Part shown: positions 12,237 to 21,835 of the stretch, in pieces
Layout of the letters: each line of letters opens with the position of its first letter
Numbering within the stretch: position 1 is the first letter of the stretch
Assembly (NCBI GenBank): GCA_963778655.1
Contig: CAVZVA010000009.1
Location: 800,001-864,000 of the forward strand
DNA length: 64,000 bases
Source: an uncultured delta proteobacterium
Lineage (GTDB): Bacteria > Myxococcota_A > Polyangia > Polyangiales > JAFGIB01
Direction of reading: 5' to 3'
Position numbers and translations under genes: made by a program
The notes under the pieces: generated by a model
The model's database searches: none
What the model was told of the DNA's origin: nothing
What the model saw: only the letters and a program-made list of their open reading frames with translations

Positions 12237-12929
12237 CTAGCCGCTCTTTCGCTTGGCTTTCTGCCCGAGCTGCGAGATGACATCGCGAGCCACGTCCCGA
12301 GCGCTGCTCTCGGGAGAGCTGAGATGGTCGCTGTAGTGCCCCGCCCACTTGGACGAGATGCCTGCATGTTCGGCCAGGATCTCCGCGGCGCGGCTCCCCT
12401 TCACCCGCCGCATGAATTCGACCCGAGCCGTGAGCATGACGTCGTCGAGCTGGTACTCCTGAGAGAGCCCGCTCAGACCCTGCTGGAGTGTGTGCCAGGC
12501 CTGCGTGGCGGTCCGTTGCGACATGCGCTGTTGAGTGCCGTGATGGTGCGTGGAGATCCAAAGCGGACCTTCGAGACGCTTCGAGCTCGCCAGCCAGCCA
12601 TCCCTGCGAGCGACCTTGAGATAGTCGGCGATCGCGTCACGGGCGCGAGGGCTGATCAGAAACGGCCGTGGCCGGTATTGCGTGGCCTCGGAGGACCGCA
12701 GCACGGCCTCGTCGAGCACATGGATGCGGCTCGCCACAGGGTCCTTGACGACATCCTCGATGTTGAGCGCGACGGCAAGCCCGGGCCGCAGTGCGCCGTC
12801 CCACAATAGATACATGAATGCGCGAGTACGCAGATCCAAGAAGTCATCGGTTTCCGTGCCGCGCTCGAGCGCCGCAAGCAGCCGGTTCTGGTCACGCGCC
12901 TCGATAATAATGGGCTTTCGTGTCCGCAT
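12237..12929 (-). CDS. Tyrosine-recombinase-like protein, catalytic domain only, non-canonical active site (paralog 1)
   Basis: Box I-like RTRAFMYLLWDGALRPGLAVALNIEDV; AIADYL; PLWIS; RMSQRT; box II region YQLDDVMLT..AEHAGI...GHY. Confidence 0.8.
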   Translation of the reverse strand: MRTRKPIIIEARDQNRLLAALERGTETDDFLDLRTRAFMYLLWDGALRPGLAVALNIEDVVKDPVASRIHVLDEAVLRSSEATQYRPRPFLISPRARDAIADYLKVARRDGWLASSKRLEGPLWISTHHHGTQQRMSQRTATQAWHTLQQGLSGLSQEYQLDDVMLTARVEFMRRVKGSRAAEILAEHAGISSKWAGHYSDHLSSPESSARDVARDVISQLGQKAKRKSG

Positions 12930-12937
12930 GGTTTTCC

Positions 12938-12966
12938 ATTTTACTCGCTTTTAGGCATAGATTCAA
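12938..12966 (-). promoter_or_regulatory. Near-consensus sigma70 promoter, probably leaderless transcript
   Basis: Minus strand TTGAAT -17- TAAAAT, 8 nt before the ATG at 12929. Confidence 0.7.
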
Positions 12967-13017
12967 GCGGTCGCTCCCTGCTGGCGATCTGCTATTGCTA
13001 TTCGATAGAGATTTTCG

Positions 13018-14443
13018 GGCTCTCCTGACGCATGAGTGGGCGCGCGTTGCGTGAGTGGGGCGCGGGAAGTGGCTTGAAAAGCAGGGGGCTGCGAGGGGCA
13101 CGAGCCCGTCGGCGGGGCCGGATTTCAGGCGCATGGCGAGGGCGGGGTACCTTCGGGTTGCGACACCAACGGAGGTCCGCCACCCGCCATGCAATTGACG
13201 AAGGTACTGACGATCATCCTGGGAATGAAGTGCGTTCGAGCCCGAGGTTGCCAATTCGAGGAGGACACCCTGGTGATCCAGGTCGCGCCCACCACGCGGG
13301 TCGCCCGGTGCGGCGGCTGCGGGTGCCGCTGCCGGCGGCTGTACGATCGTCGGCCCGATCGTCGCTGGCGGCACCTGGACCTCGGAGGCATGCGGGTCGA
13401 GCTGAGCTACGACCTGCGCCGTGTGGACTGCACCCGCTGCGGCGTGTGCACCGAGCTCGTGCCCTGGGCCGAGCCCGACTCGGCGTTCACGCGCCCCTTC
13501 GAGCAGCAGGTCGCCTACCTGGCGCAACGCATGGACGAGAGCGCGGTCGTCGAGCTGATGGGCATCGCCTGGCGCACTGTCGGCAGCATCGTCGAGCGCG
13601 TGGTCAAGCGGCTCAGTCCCGATGACCGGCTCAGCGGACTGCGCACGATCGGCATCGACGAGCTCAGCTACCGCCGCCACCATCAGTACGTCACCATCGT
13701 CACCGACCACGACAGCGGTAAGATCGTCTGGGCGCACGAAGGCAAGAACGCCGAGACGCTCGACAAGTTCTTCACGGAGCTGGGCCCCGAACGCTGCGGG
13801 CAGCTCCGAGCGGTCACCATCGACATGTCGCAGCCGTACATCAAATCCGTCAAAGCGCATGCTCCGTACGCCGTGCTCGTGTTCGACCGCTTTCACGTCC
13901 AGCGGCTCGCACACGACGCGCTCGACAAGGTTCGCCGCGCGATGGTGGCCGAGCACCAGGACCGCGAGCAGCGTCGAGCGCTGAAGAACACGCGCTTCGT
14001 GTTGCAGAAGAACCCCGAGAACCTCTCCAGCCTCGAGCGCCGCAAGCTCGCCACCGTTCAGGCGACCAACCGTCCGCTCTACCGCGCCTACCTGCTCAAG
14101 GAGGCACTCGTCGATGTGCTCGACCGACGCCAGTACTTCGTAGCCCGCAATCAGCTCCTGGGCTGGCTGCAATGGGCGGCCCGCTCCAGACTCGAGCCCT
14201 TCGTCAAGGCCGGACGCACCATCCGCAAGCACATGCAGGGCATCCTCGCCTACGTCGACACCGGCCTCTCCAACGGCCGAGCCGAGGGTACCAACGGCAA
14301 GGTCCGCGTGCTCACGCGACCTGCCTACGGCTTTCACAGCGCAAAGAGCCTCATCGCGTTGCTCTTCCTCTGCTGCTCGCTGCCCCGACTCGCCCCCGTG
14401 CGCGTCGTCCCGAATTCACGCCCACTCACGTGTTAGGAGAGCC
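13018..14443 (+). mobile_element. ISL3-family element, copy 1 (transposase 13189-14436)
   Basis: 25-bp imperfect IRs GGCTCTCCTgACgCaTGAGTGGGCG / CGCCCACTCACGTGTTAGGAGAGCC; zf-ISL3 CxxC, IGIDE, IDMS, FDRFHV, SNGRAEGTNGK; no TSD visible. Confidence 0.95.
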
Positions 14444-14507
14444 ATAAGATCTCGCCGCCGCGGGCGCAAACCGCAGGGCTGCAGCGGCAGGAGGCGGCAC
14501 CGGAGCT

Positions 14508-14722
14508 TTGGCGGGGAAGCTACGAAGCGACGAGGTTCCACAGGCAAATCGGCTCGATCGGGTCGTGGAGCGTGTGCGGGCTTTGCGGGAGGCGCGGCCA
14601 TCGCCTCGGCGGCGCGATGGACTGTACTACGCGCAGGCTGCACGGATTCTCGGGCTGCTTGGCGACCACGGCCGCCTGACTGCCCGCGGGATCGCGGTCG
14701 CGGAGGCGGGCGAGGACGTGCT
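14508..14722 (+). pseudogene. Winged-helix-like fragment (VPQAN..DRV / YY..AARILGLL..LT..G)
   Basis: Motif pattern recalls wHTH modules of restriction/defence-type proteins; truncated on both sides. Confidence 0.4.
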
Positions 14723-14739
14723 TACACCGCTCATCGGCG

Positions 14740-15400
14740 AGGTGGGCATGTCGGCTGGGGGATCGCGTCGTGTGCGCACTGGTTGCAGTGGAAGTGCGGC
14801 ATCGGGATGGTGACGGCGCGCGAGAAGGTGCGGGTGGTGCGAGCACTGCGCGGCCTGCCCAATATCGCCGATTCGATGCGGCGGGGGGTGATCAGCTACT
14901 GCAAGGTTCGGGCGCTCACGCGCATTGCCACGGCCGACAACGAGGACCTGCTGTTGCGGATCGCCGAGCAGGGCACGGTCTCGCACGTGGAGAAGACGGT
15001 GCGGCTGTACCGCAGGGCCGACCGCTCGCAGGCGCTGCGGGAAGCCAACGAGCAGCAGGCCGAACGCGGGCTGCGCTGCTACTGGGACGAGGGTGGGGCG
15101 CTCGTAGTCGAGGGCCGGCCGCCGCCCGAGCAGGGTGCGCTAGTGATGAAGGCGCTGCAGGCAGCCGCGGATGCGCTGCGGGAGGCCGAGCACGATTCAC
15201 GTGAAGCGCAGGCCGGCGGGGAAGGGGCGTTGGGGAAGGGAGACGATTCACGTGAATCGTCCCCGGCGGCCGACCAGCCCAAGCAGCCAATCCGGCGCGG
15301 CAAGCCGATGCGCTCGGGGCGCTGTGCGAGACGTTCCTCGCCAAGGGTGCGGCCCCGCTCGCCGCCGGCGCCGCCCGTCCGCTATGACGTGGCTCGCTGA
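14740..15400 (+). pseudogene. DUF222 (HNH-associated repetitive family) fragment
   Basis: HWLQWKCGIG..TAREKVRV.RAL..LP.I....RG.ISY.KVRALTRIAT; RGL..YWDE.G.LVV.GR.PPEQGALV.KAL; no HNH domain. Confidence 0.75.
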
Positions 15401-15708
15401 ACGCTTACACCGCGACTACGCCGTGGTGGTGGAGGTCGCGGAACAAATCCCGGCCTATGTCTACACCTACCTGTTCAGCAAGACCGGCGAGCCCATGGAG
15501 CTCTCGTTCCGGGACATGCAAGGCTTGAAGGACGTCAAGCTGAGCCTGCACTGAGCGCGCTCGGGGTGCTGTACCACTGTGTTCGCAGCACGATCACGGG
15601 GCGGGCGGTCTTCAAACGCAGCACGGCAGATGTCCGAATTGCAGGCGCCAGCATCTGCTGATAAACGTCGAAGAGCCGACTCAAATCAACCGCTATTCTC
15701 GACAATTC

Positions 15709-17676
15709 ATGACTCAGTCCGCTCCACTCCTGACCTCGAACAGCACAATCCTGTGGCTAAAAGTAATCCTCACGACTGTGTCGCTGGTACTGCTGTCTAT
15801 CCGATACAGATCGAGAAATGCATTGGGGGCCTCAGCCAAGACATATTCGTTTCGCGCAAAAGTGTTTGTCGTTCTGACCATCATCTTCTCGTTTGCTGTC
15901 TTTCATGATCTTGGTAAGCCGCGGAGTGGCACGTTCATTCATTACGGAGAAATGTTCCACTATTATCTCGGCTCAAAATACTTCAAAGAGCTTGGTTATT
16001 ACGAGCTGTACAACGCGGTGATCGTCGCAGACGCCGAACAGGACAACGCCCTGGCGCGTTTGCCGTTTTATACAAACCTAACCAATTACCAAAACGCTCG
16101 ACGAGAAACCGCACTCGAGGGTGCCGATAGAGTAAAGAACCTGTTTTCAAAAGAGAGGTGGAGCGCATTCAAGCGGGATGTCTCCTTTTTCAAGACGGCG
16201 ACCGGCATGCCTCGTTCATCGGGCATCTTCTTCTTCCTGATGGACCATGGCTACAACGCGAGCCCCGTATCGACTTCTGTGCTTGGAATACTAACCAACA
16301 TCGTCCCCGTCACACAGTTGCGGATGCTGGCAGCGCTCGATGTGCTTCTCGTGGCAGCAATGATAGCGCTTGTATTCCGCACATTCGGTTTTGAAATGGG
16401 GGCTTTGTTTTCCATCTACTTCTTCACAAATATCCTGAACGACCACGGGTACATTTCAGGCAGCTTGTTACGCTACGACTGGTTGTTTTGCATTATCGCT
16501 TCCGTGTGCTTGCTCGAAAGAGGACGATATGCATCTTCCTCGTTCTTTCTGACTGCATCCGCAATGATGGCGGTATTCCCCGTGGTGCTGTTTTACGGCG
16601 TCGGAGTTAGCATTGTTCGGAGAGTCAAAACAACGCGCACTCTCGATAGAGACTCTATCCGATTCGTTCTTACGGCCGGAGTGACCGGGCTGGCGTTGTT
16701 TCTGCTGCCTGCTGTCTATTTGGGCTCAGCTCTGCAGCCATGGACGGAGTTCTCTGCAAAGATGGCTCTTCATGACAGGGGTGTGTATGTCAACCACCTT
16801 GGCTTGAGAGGAATTGTTCTCTTTGAAACAAGCCATCTCTCGCTGAATCGATTCATCGAGACGTACAATGATGGCAGTGGCGACATAGTCCGCCATTGGC
16901 AAGATGTAAAAGAGAGAGAGTTTGAGCAAAGGAAGCCGATTATCATCTTCTGCTCAATCTTCGCTCTCATATGCGTGACAGCCATTGTTTGGAAGAGAAA
17001 GGAGAGTGAGATCGAGGCCATTCTCTGGCCCGTGCTCCTCATCTACGTGATGAGCTATCCTTCGCACTACTACTATGTCTTTCTCTGCTTGTTCATTCTG
17101 CTCTTCTTCAGACGAGGGAACTCGCTGACCGCCTTTGTTCCGATCTGTCTTCTATTGATATTTAATATCTGCGCTCTCATAACGGATTCCTTTTCGCCTT
17201 CGCCCATTGTGTTTTATACGCTTGTAAATATTTATCTATTCGTATGTATGGTCTCGATTCTCGTGTTTGAGTTGCGCACGAACGTATTCAGGCGGAGACC
17301 ACAAGAGACGGTCGCAAGATCCGCAAGGGGCCATGTCGCGGCCAAGCGAGGACGCAGCAAGAGAAAGCAAAAGACTTCGCGACGCGCCTGCGTGTCCGGT
17401 GATCGTTCTTGCTATGCGGCAGGATCGAGAAGGCTCGGCCGCAGGGAAGTCGCGGGAAATCTCAGTCCGCTACGCTCGCGCAGGCGCCACAAGAATGAGC
17501 GCCCCGAAAACCCGCGCGCCATCCCTGGCCTCGTCCGATGCAGCACGTGTTTGCAACAGATGTGGCGGCTTGCCCTAGTCTTGGGCGCCCGCCTTGAGAG
17601 CTGCACGGTGAACTCACCGAGCCCAGCTCGGTCCGTACGGCTCGCGCTCATTGCTGCAAGCACGCGAGCTTGTTGA
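15709..17676 (+). CDS. Polytopic membrane protein, GT-C/GT87-like glycosyltransferase; low GC
   Basis: EMFHYYLGSKYFKELGY..LY, DHGYNASP, GSLLRYDW, about 11-12 TM helices; AT-rich codons; last ~100 aa probably read-through into unrelated DNA. Confidence 0.6.
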   Translation: MTQSAPLLTSNSTILWLKVILTTVSLVLLSIRYRSRNALGASAKTYSFRAKVFVVLTIIFSFAVFHDLGKPRSGTFIHYGEMFHYYLGSKYFKELGYYELYNAVIVADAEQDNALARLPFYTNLTNYQNARRETALEGADRVKNLFSKERWSAFKRDVSFFKTATGMPRSSGIFFFLMDHGYNASPVSTSVLGILTNIVPVTQLRMLAALDVLLVAAMIALVFRTFGFEMGALFSIYFFTNILNDHGYISGSLLRYDWLFCIIASVCLLERGRYASSSFFLTASAMMAVFPVVLFYGVGVSIVRRVKTTRTLDRDSIRFVLTAGVTGLALFLLPAVYLGSALQPWTEFSAKMALHDRGVYVNHLGLRGIVLFETSHLSLNRFIETYNDGSGDIVRHWQDVKEREFEQRKPIIIFCSIFALICVTAIVWKRKESEIEAILWPVLLIYVMSYPSHYYYVFLCLFILLFFRRGNSLTAFVPICLLLIFNICALITDSFSPSPIVFYTLVNIYLFVCMVSILVFELRTNVFRRRPQETVARSARGHVAAKRGRSKRKQKTSRRACVSGDRSCYAAGSRRLGRREVAGNLSPLRSRRRHKNERPENPRAIPGLVRCSTCLQQMWRLALVLGARLESCTVNSPSPARSVRLALIAASTRAC

Positions 17677-20110
17677 AGGTCGCGTCGCAGCCCACCGGCG
17701 TGGTGTCGACGCCGTAGAACACAAAGGCCTTCTCCAGCTTGCTCTCGTCCGCGGTGCCGCTGTAGCCCGTGTCCGCGCTCGCCGAGGACGTCCAGTTCTG
17801 ACAGGTGGACGCGGACGTGCCGGGCACGGTGAGCGGATTCGTGCCCGACGGAGCCGTTGCAGCGCCGCTCCACAGGCCCTCGTCGTATTGCGCGGAGTTG
17901 TCGGCCGGGCGGTCGTTCGGCACGTCCCAGTACAGCGTGTTGCTCGCCAGCGCGGTCGCCGCGCTGGCCGCCAGCGCAAGACCGTCCGGGCGCACCCAAG
18001 TCGCTCCGTTGGTGCTGAAACGCGAGGCAGCGGACGCGCTGGTGGTGGCAAGCAGGGCCTTGAACGTGCCCGAGAGCCCCGCGGCCGTGGCCTCGCTCTG
18101 GCACATCGCGTCCGCGCTCGCGATCCCGCCGCCGGAGACCCAGAAGCCCTTGGTGACGAACGCCTTGCGGCCGGTGGCCGGCGTGATCGCGGGCAAGGGG
18201 TTGGCCTGACTGGTGCCGAAGCAGAACACCGGCAGCGAGCCGTTGCAGCTGATGAGCTCGTAGTTGGTGAAGCCCGACGAGCCTGCGGTGGGCGAGCCGC
18301 TGGTGGCGTAGCCAGACATCGAGCTCGATGTCCAGTTGCTGCAAGTGTACATGCTGGTCGCCGTTCCGTCGTTGAACGTGCCGGTGTAGACGTCGCTGGC
18401 GCCGAGATCCTGGCCGGTGGCCGACAAGCTGATCGGGTAGTAGACGTGGGTGGCCTGCGAGTCCGCGTTCACGAAGTCGGAGCTGCGATCGGCGAAGGGC
18501 TTTCCATCGGCGCGCAGCCAGCCGCGCGCCGTGCCCAGCCGAGAGACCGCGCTCACGCTGCTGGTCGAGAGCCAGGCCTTGTACGTGCCGGGCAATTGGG
18601 CGCTTTCGGCCTCGCTCTGACAGATCGCGTCGGCCGCGGCCACGCCGCTGTTGGCGGTGAACGTGGGCTGTGACACGAAGACGTAGTTGAAGGCTGGAAC
18701 GAACTTGGCGTCGACGCTGGTGTCGGCTTGCATCAGGACGGTGCAGCCGCCGGTACCGCCGCAGCCCGCGCCGCTCCAACCTCCGAACAGGTCTGAGCCG
18801 CCGGCGTTCGCGCTGAGCGCCACGGTGGTGCCGTAGTCGTAGCTCGCGCTGCAGGTGCTGCCGCAGGCGATCGCATTGTCGCCTGAGCTCACGCTGCCGC
18901 TGCCCGCGCCCGACTTGGCGACGGTGAGCTGATACTTCTGCAGCGCGAAGCTGGCCGTGACCGAGGTGGCCGCCGTCAGCGTGACGACGCAGCTGCCGGT
19001 TCCGCTGCAGCCGCTGCCGCTCCAGCCTGCCAGCTCGCTGTGGGCCCCGGGCTGCGCGGACAGCGTGACGCTGGTACCGTAGTCGAAGACGGCGCTGCAG
19101 CTGGCGCCGCAGTCGATCCCGGCGGGCAGCGAGGTCACGCTGCCCGCGCCGTTGCCCGAAGCTGTGATCGTCAGCGGGACGCTCTGCAGCGCAAAGCCCG
19201 CAGTCACGATCTCGGTGGCGTCCAAGCTGACGGTGCAGCTGCCCGTTCCGCTGCAGCCGGCCCCGCTCCAGCCGGTGAAGCTGGAGCCGGTGTCGGCCGT
19301 GGCGGTGAGCGTGACGCTGGCGGACTGGCCGAAGGAATAGGCGCAGGCGTCCCCGCAGTCGATGCCGGCGGGTGTGGAGGTCACCGTGCCCGCCCCGGCA
19401 CCGGAGTGGCCCACGATCAGGGTGTAGTTGTCGAGCGGGAACGTGGCGGTGACGTCCACGTCCGCGTCGACGGTGAAGGTGCAGGTGCCGCGGTTGCCGC
19501 AGGGGCCGGCCCAGTTGCCGAACAGCGATCCCTTGTCCGGCATGGCGGTGAGGGTGACCACTGTGCCCTTGTCGACCATGGCGCTGCAGGTGCTGCCGCA
19601 GTCGATCGCGGCGCCGTCGGCGCTCACGCTGCCGCTGCCGGTGCCGAGCTTGGTGACCTTGATGGTGTACGTCTTGGGCGGGACCCCCGCCTCGGCGTCC
19701 TCCGGCGAGCCACCCTCGCCGAATCCCGCTTCGGTCGCGCCGTCCATGTCCGGGCCGGCGTCGATCGCGGCATCAGGGCCGGCATCGATGGCAGCGTCAG
19801 GACCCGCGTCGATCGCGGCGTCGGGGGGGGCCGCGTCGGCGCCGGGTCCCGCGTTGGCCGGCCCCGCGTCGCTCGGGCTGTGCCCGCCTCCTTCGGCGTG
19901 CGCGTAGCAGTAGTTGTCCCGATGGCAGAAATAGGCGGCCGGGCAGTCGGCATTCTCGGCGCACGCGAACACGCCGTCGGGCGGCGAGGCGTTGCACGCG
20001 CACAGGGCGAGCGCCGTGAAAGCGACCGGTGCGATCCAGGCGGACATCAGAAGCGCCTGCGGCGCACCGCAGGCCGTCATTCCCGAGCCAGTGAGTACCT
20101 CGTCGTCCAA
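17648..20110 (-). CDS. Secreted lipoprotein with four divergent InlB-B-type repeats and two DUF1554/endostatin-like domains
   Basis: Lipobox-like LCAC, DAG-rich linker (DAAIDAGP x3), G.G.G.V.S..I.CG..C....G..VTL.A...F.GWSG.C x4, ADAICQ.EA..LPGTYKAWLST x2; true start uncertain (maybe 20047). Confidence 0.8.
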   Translation of the reverse strand: MDDEVLTGSGMTACGAPQALLMSAWIAPVAFTALALCACNASPPDGVFACAENADCPAAYFCHRDNYCYAHAEGGGHSPSDAGPANAGPGADAAPPDAAIDAGPDAAIDAGPDAAIDAGPDMDGATEAGFGEGGSPEDAEAGVPPKTYTIKVTKLGTGSGSVSADGAAIDCGSTCSAMVDKGTVVTLTAMPDKGSLFGNWAGPCGNRGTCTFTVDADVDVTATFPLDNYTLIVGHSGAGAGTVTSTPAGIDCGDACAYSFGQSASVTLTATADTGSSFTGWSGAGCSGTGSCTVSLDATEIVTAGFALQSVPLTITASGNGAGSVTSLPAGIDCGASCSAVFDYGTSVTLSAQPGAHSELAGWSGSGCSGTGSCVVTLTAATSVTASFALQKYQLTVAKSGAGSGSVSSGDNAIACGSTCSASYDYGTTVALSANAGGSDLFGGWSGAGCGGTGGCTVLMQADTSVDAKFVPAFNYVFVSQPTFTANSGVAAADAICQSEAESAQLPGTYKAWLSTSSVSAVSRLGTARGWLRADGKPFADRSSDFVNADSQATHVYYPISLSATGQDLGASDVYTGTFNDGTATSMYTCSNWTSSSMSGYATSGSPTAGSSGFTNYELISCNGSLPVFCFGTSQANPLPAITPATGRKAFVTKGFWVSGGGIASADAMCQSEATAAGLSGTFKALLATTSASAASRFSTNGATWVRPDGLALAASAATALASNTLYWDVPNDRPADNSAQYDEGLWSGAATAPSGTNPLTVPGTSASTCQNWTSSASADTGYSGTADESKLEKAFVFYGVDTTPVGCDATFNKLACLQQ

Positions 20111-20186
20111 GTCAGGCCAAGAGCTATCTCCCTACCTCGGCGGCCTGAGCGAGCGCAAGGGGTGCTCGCACGGCGCGCGCTTGCCC

Positions 20187-20246
20187 CGGCCGGGGATCAT
20201 CTGCGGCCGGGGATCGTCCGGCCGGGGATCATCCGGGGATCATCTG
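20187..20246. repeat. Short tandem repeat CCGGGGATCRTC x4
   Basis: Read directly in the intergenic region upstream of the NYN gene. Confidence 0.8.
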
Positions 20247-20340
20247 CCAGCGCGTTTTCTCCGCAGCGCGTTCTCTCAGCCGGCCCGGTAACCGCCGGAT
20301 CGTCGCGTCCGGGGTCGGGGTCGCCTATACTCCGCCCAGC

Positions 20341-21159
20341 ATGACCGAGCGCGATTCGGATGAGGCGAACCTGGCGGTGTTTTGTGACTACGAAAACGTG
20401 GCGTTGGGGGCAAAGGACGCTTCGTTCGGGGCGTTCGACATTCACCTTGTGATCGAGCGGTTGCTCGACAAGGGCAAGGTGGTGGTCAAGAAGGCATACG
20501 CGGACTGGTCGCGCTACGAGTCGGCCAAGCGGCCGCTGCACGAGGCGGCGTTCGAGCTGATCGAGATCCCCCACGTCTCGTACTCGGGCAAGAACTCGGC
20601 GGACATCCGGCTGGTCGTCGACGCGCTCGACCTGTGTTACGCCAAGTCACATGTGGACGTGTTCGTGATCGTGTCCGGCGACAGCGACTTCTCGCCGCTG
20701 GTGAGCAAGCTGCGCGAGAACGACAAGCGCGTGATCGGGGTCGGCGTCAAGAATTCGAGCAGCAAGCTCCTGATCGACAACTGCGACGAGTTCATCTACT
20801 ACGACGACCTGGTGCGCGAGCGCCGCAAGCGCGCCGATCAGAAGCCGGTGCGCGCGAAGACGCAGCGCAAGGTCAAGAACGCGGGCGAGCCCGTGTCGAA
20901 GGAGACCGAGGCCCTGCGAGAAGAGGCGCTCGACATCGTGCTCGAGACGGCGGAGGCGCTGTTTCGTGACCGCGACAGCCGGCTGTTCGGCTCGCACGTG
21001 AAGCAGACCCTCAAGCGTAAACGACCCGAGTTCTCCGAGACCTTTCACGGCTACCGGAGCTTCAACGAGCTGCTCGAAGACGCACAGCGCCGGGGCCTGC
21101 TCGAGCTCCAAAAGGACGAGCCCTCGGGCGGCTACATCGTGGTCGGCCTCGCGCCATAG
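20341..21159 (+). CDS. NYN domain protein (LabA/DUF88) with C-terminal OST-HTH/LOTUS
   Basis: AVFCDYENV, KAYADW, GKNSADIRLVVDALD, VSGDSDFSPLV, CDEFIYYD, F.E..HGYRSF. Confidence 0.92.
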   Translation: MTERDSDEANLAVFCDYENVALGAKDASFGAFDIHLVIERLLDKGKVVVKKAYADWSRYESAKRPLHEAAFELIEIPHVSYSGKNSADIRLVVDALDLCYAKSHVDVFVIVSGDSDFSPLVSKLRENDKRVIGVGVKNSSSKLLIDNCDEFIYYDDLVRERRKRADQKPVRAKTQRKVKNAGEPVSKETEALREEALDIVLETAEALFRDRDSRLFGSHVKQTLKRKRPEFSETFHGYRSFNELLEDAQRRGLLELQKDEPSGGYIVVGLAP

Positions 21160-21210
21160 CGCGCGCCATGGGAGCGCGCGCCATGGGGACGAGCGCGCGC
21201 CATGGGGACG
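21158..21210. repeat. Short tandem repeat AGCGCGCGCCATGGG x3
   Basis: Read directly, starting at the NYN stop codon. Confidence 0.8.
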
Positions 21211-21478
21211 GACCTCGACAAATCGATAGTTGGCATGCCTCGGCGAGCGTGGGAAGCGAGTGCGCGGTGCCGCGGGCCGGACACGGGGGCTCGGCGGCGG
21301 GCACCAAGAAGTGGAGGGCGTCGTGGATCGTCGTCGTGATGCCCGCGGTCGTGGTGGCCGCGCCAGGCCGCGCAGTATCGGCGTCCATGACAAACGGAGT
21401 TGCGCGGCTGTACTGGGTGGGGCGGGAAGCCGGCACCACGCTTCCCCGGCGCCGCCATCGGTGCTTCAATCCCGCGCC

Positions 21479-21835
21479 ATGCGCGTTCACGTCTACCACT
21501 ATCCAAAGTGCGGGAGCTGCCGCAAGGCCTTGAAATGGCTCGATCAACACGGCGTTGCGTACCAAGCGAGCGACCTCGTCGCTGAGCCGATCGCGCTCGC
21601 CAAGCTGCGCGACCTGCATGCGCGCTCGGGGCTGCCGATCGCGCGCCTCTTCAACTCCTCGGGCGAGAGCTATCGAGCCGGCGGCTTCAAGGATCGGCTC
21701 GCGCGCATGACCCACGCCGAAGCGCTGGCGGCCCTGGCGAGGGACGGCAAGCTGATCAAGCGGCCGATCGTCGACACCGGCAAGGCGGTGCTGGTCGGCT
21801 TCGACGAGGGCGCGTACGCCGCCGAGCTCACATGA
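21479..21835 (+). CDS. ArsC/Spx/YffB family protein
   Basis: [35 protein letters not shown]. Confidence 0.9.
   Translation: MRVHVYHYPKCGSCRKALKWLDQHGVAYQASDLVAEPIALAKLRDLHARSGLPIARLFNSSGESYRAGGFKDRLARMTHAEALAALARDGKLIKRPIVDTGKAVLVGFDEGAYAAELT

Noticed and set aside
15242..15261. parS site
   Set aside because: The core TTCACGTGAA matches but the flanks are GA/TC, not TGT/ACA, and it lies inside a DUF222 coding remnant
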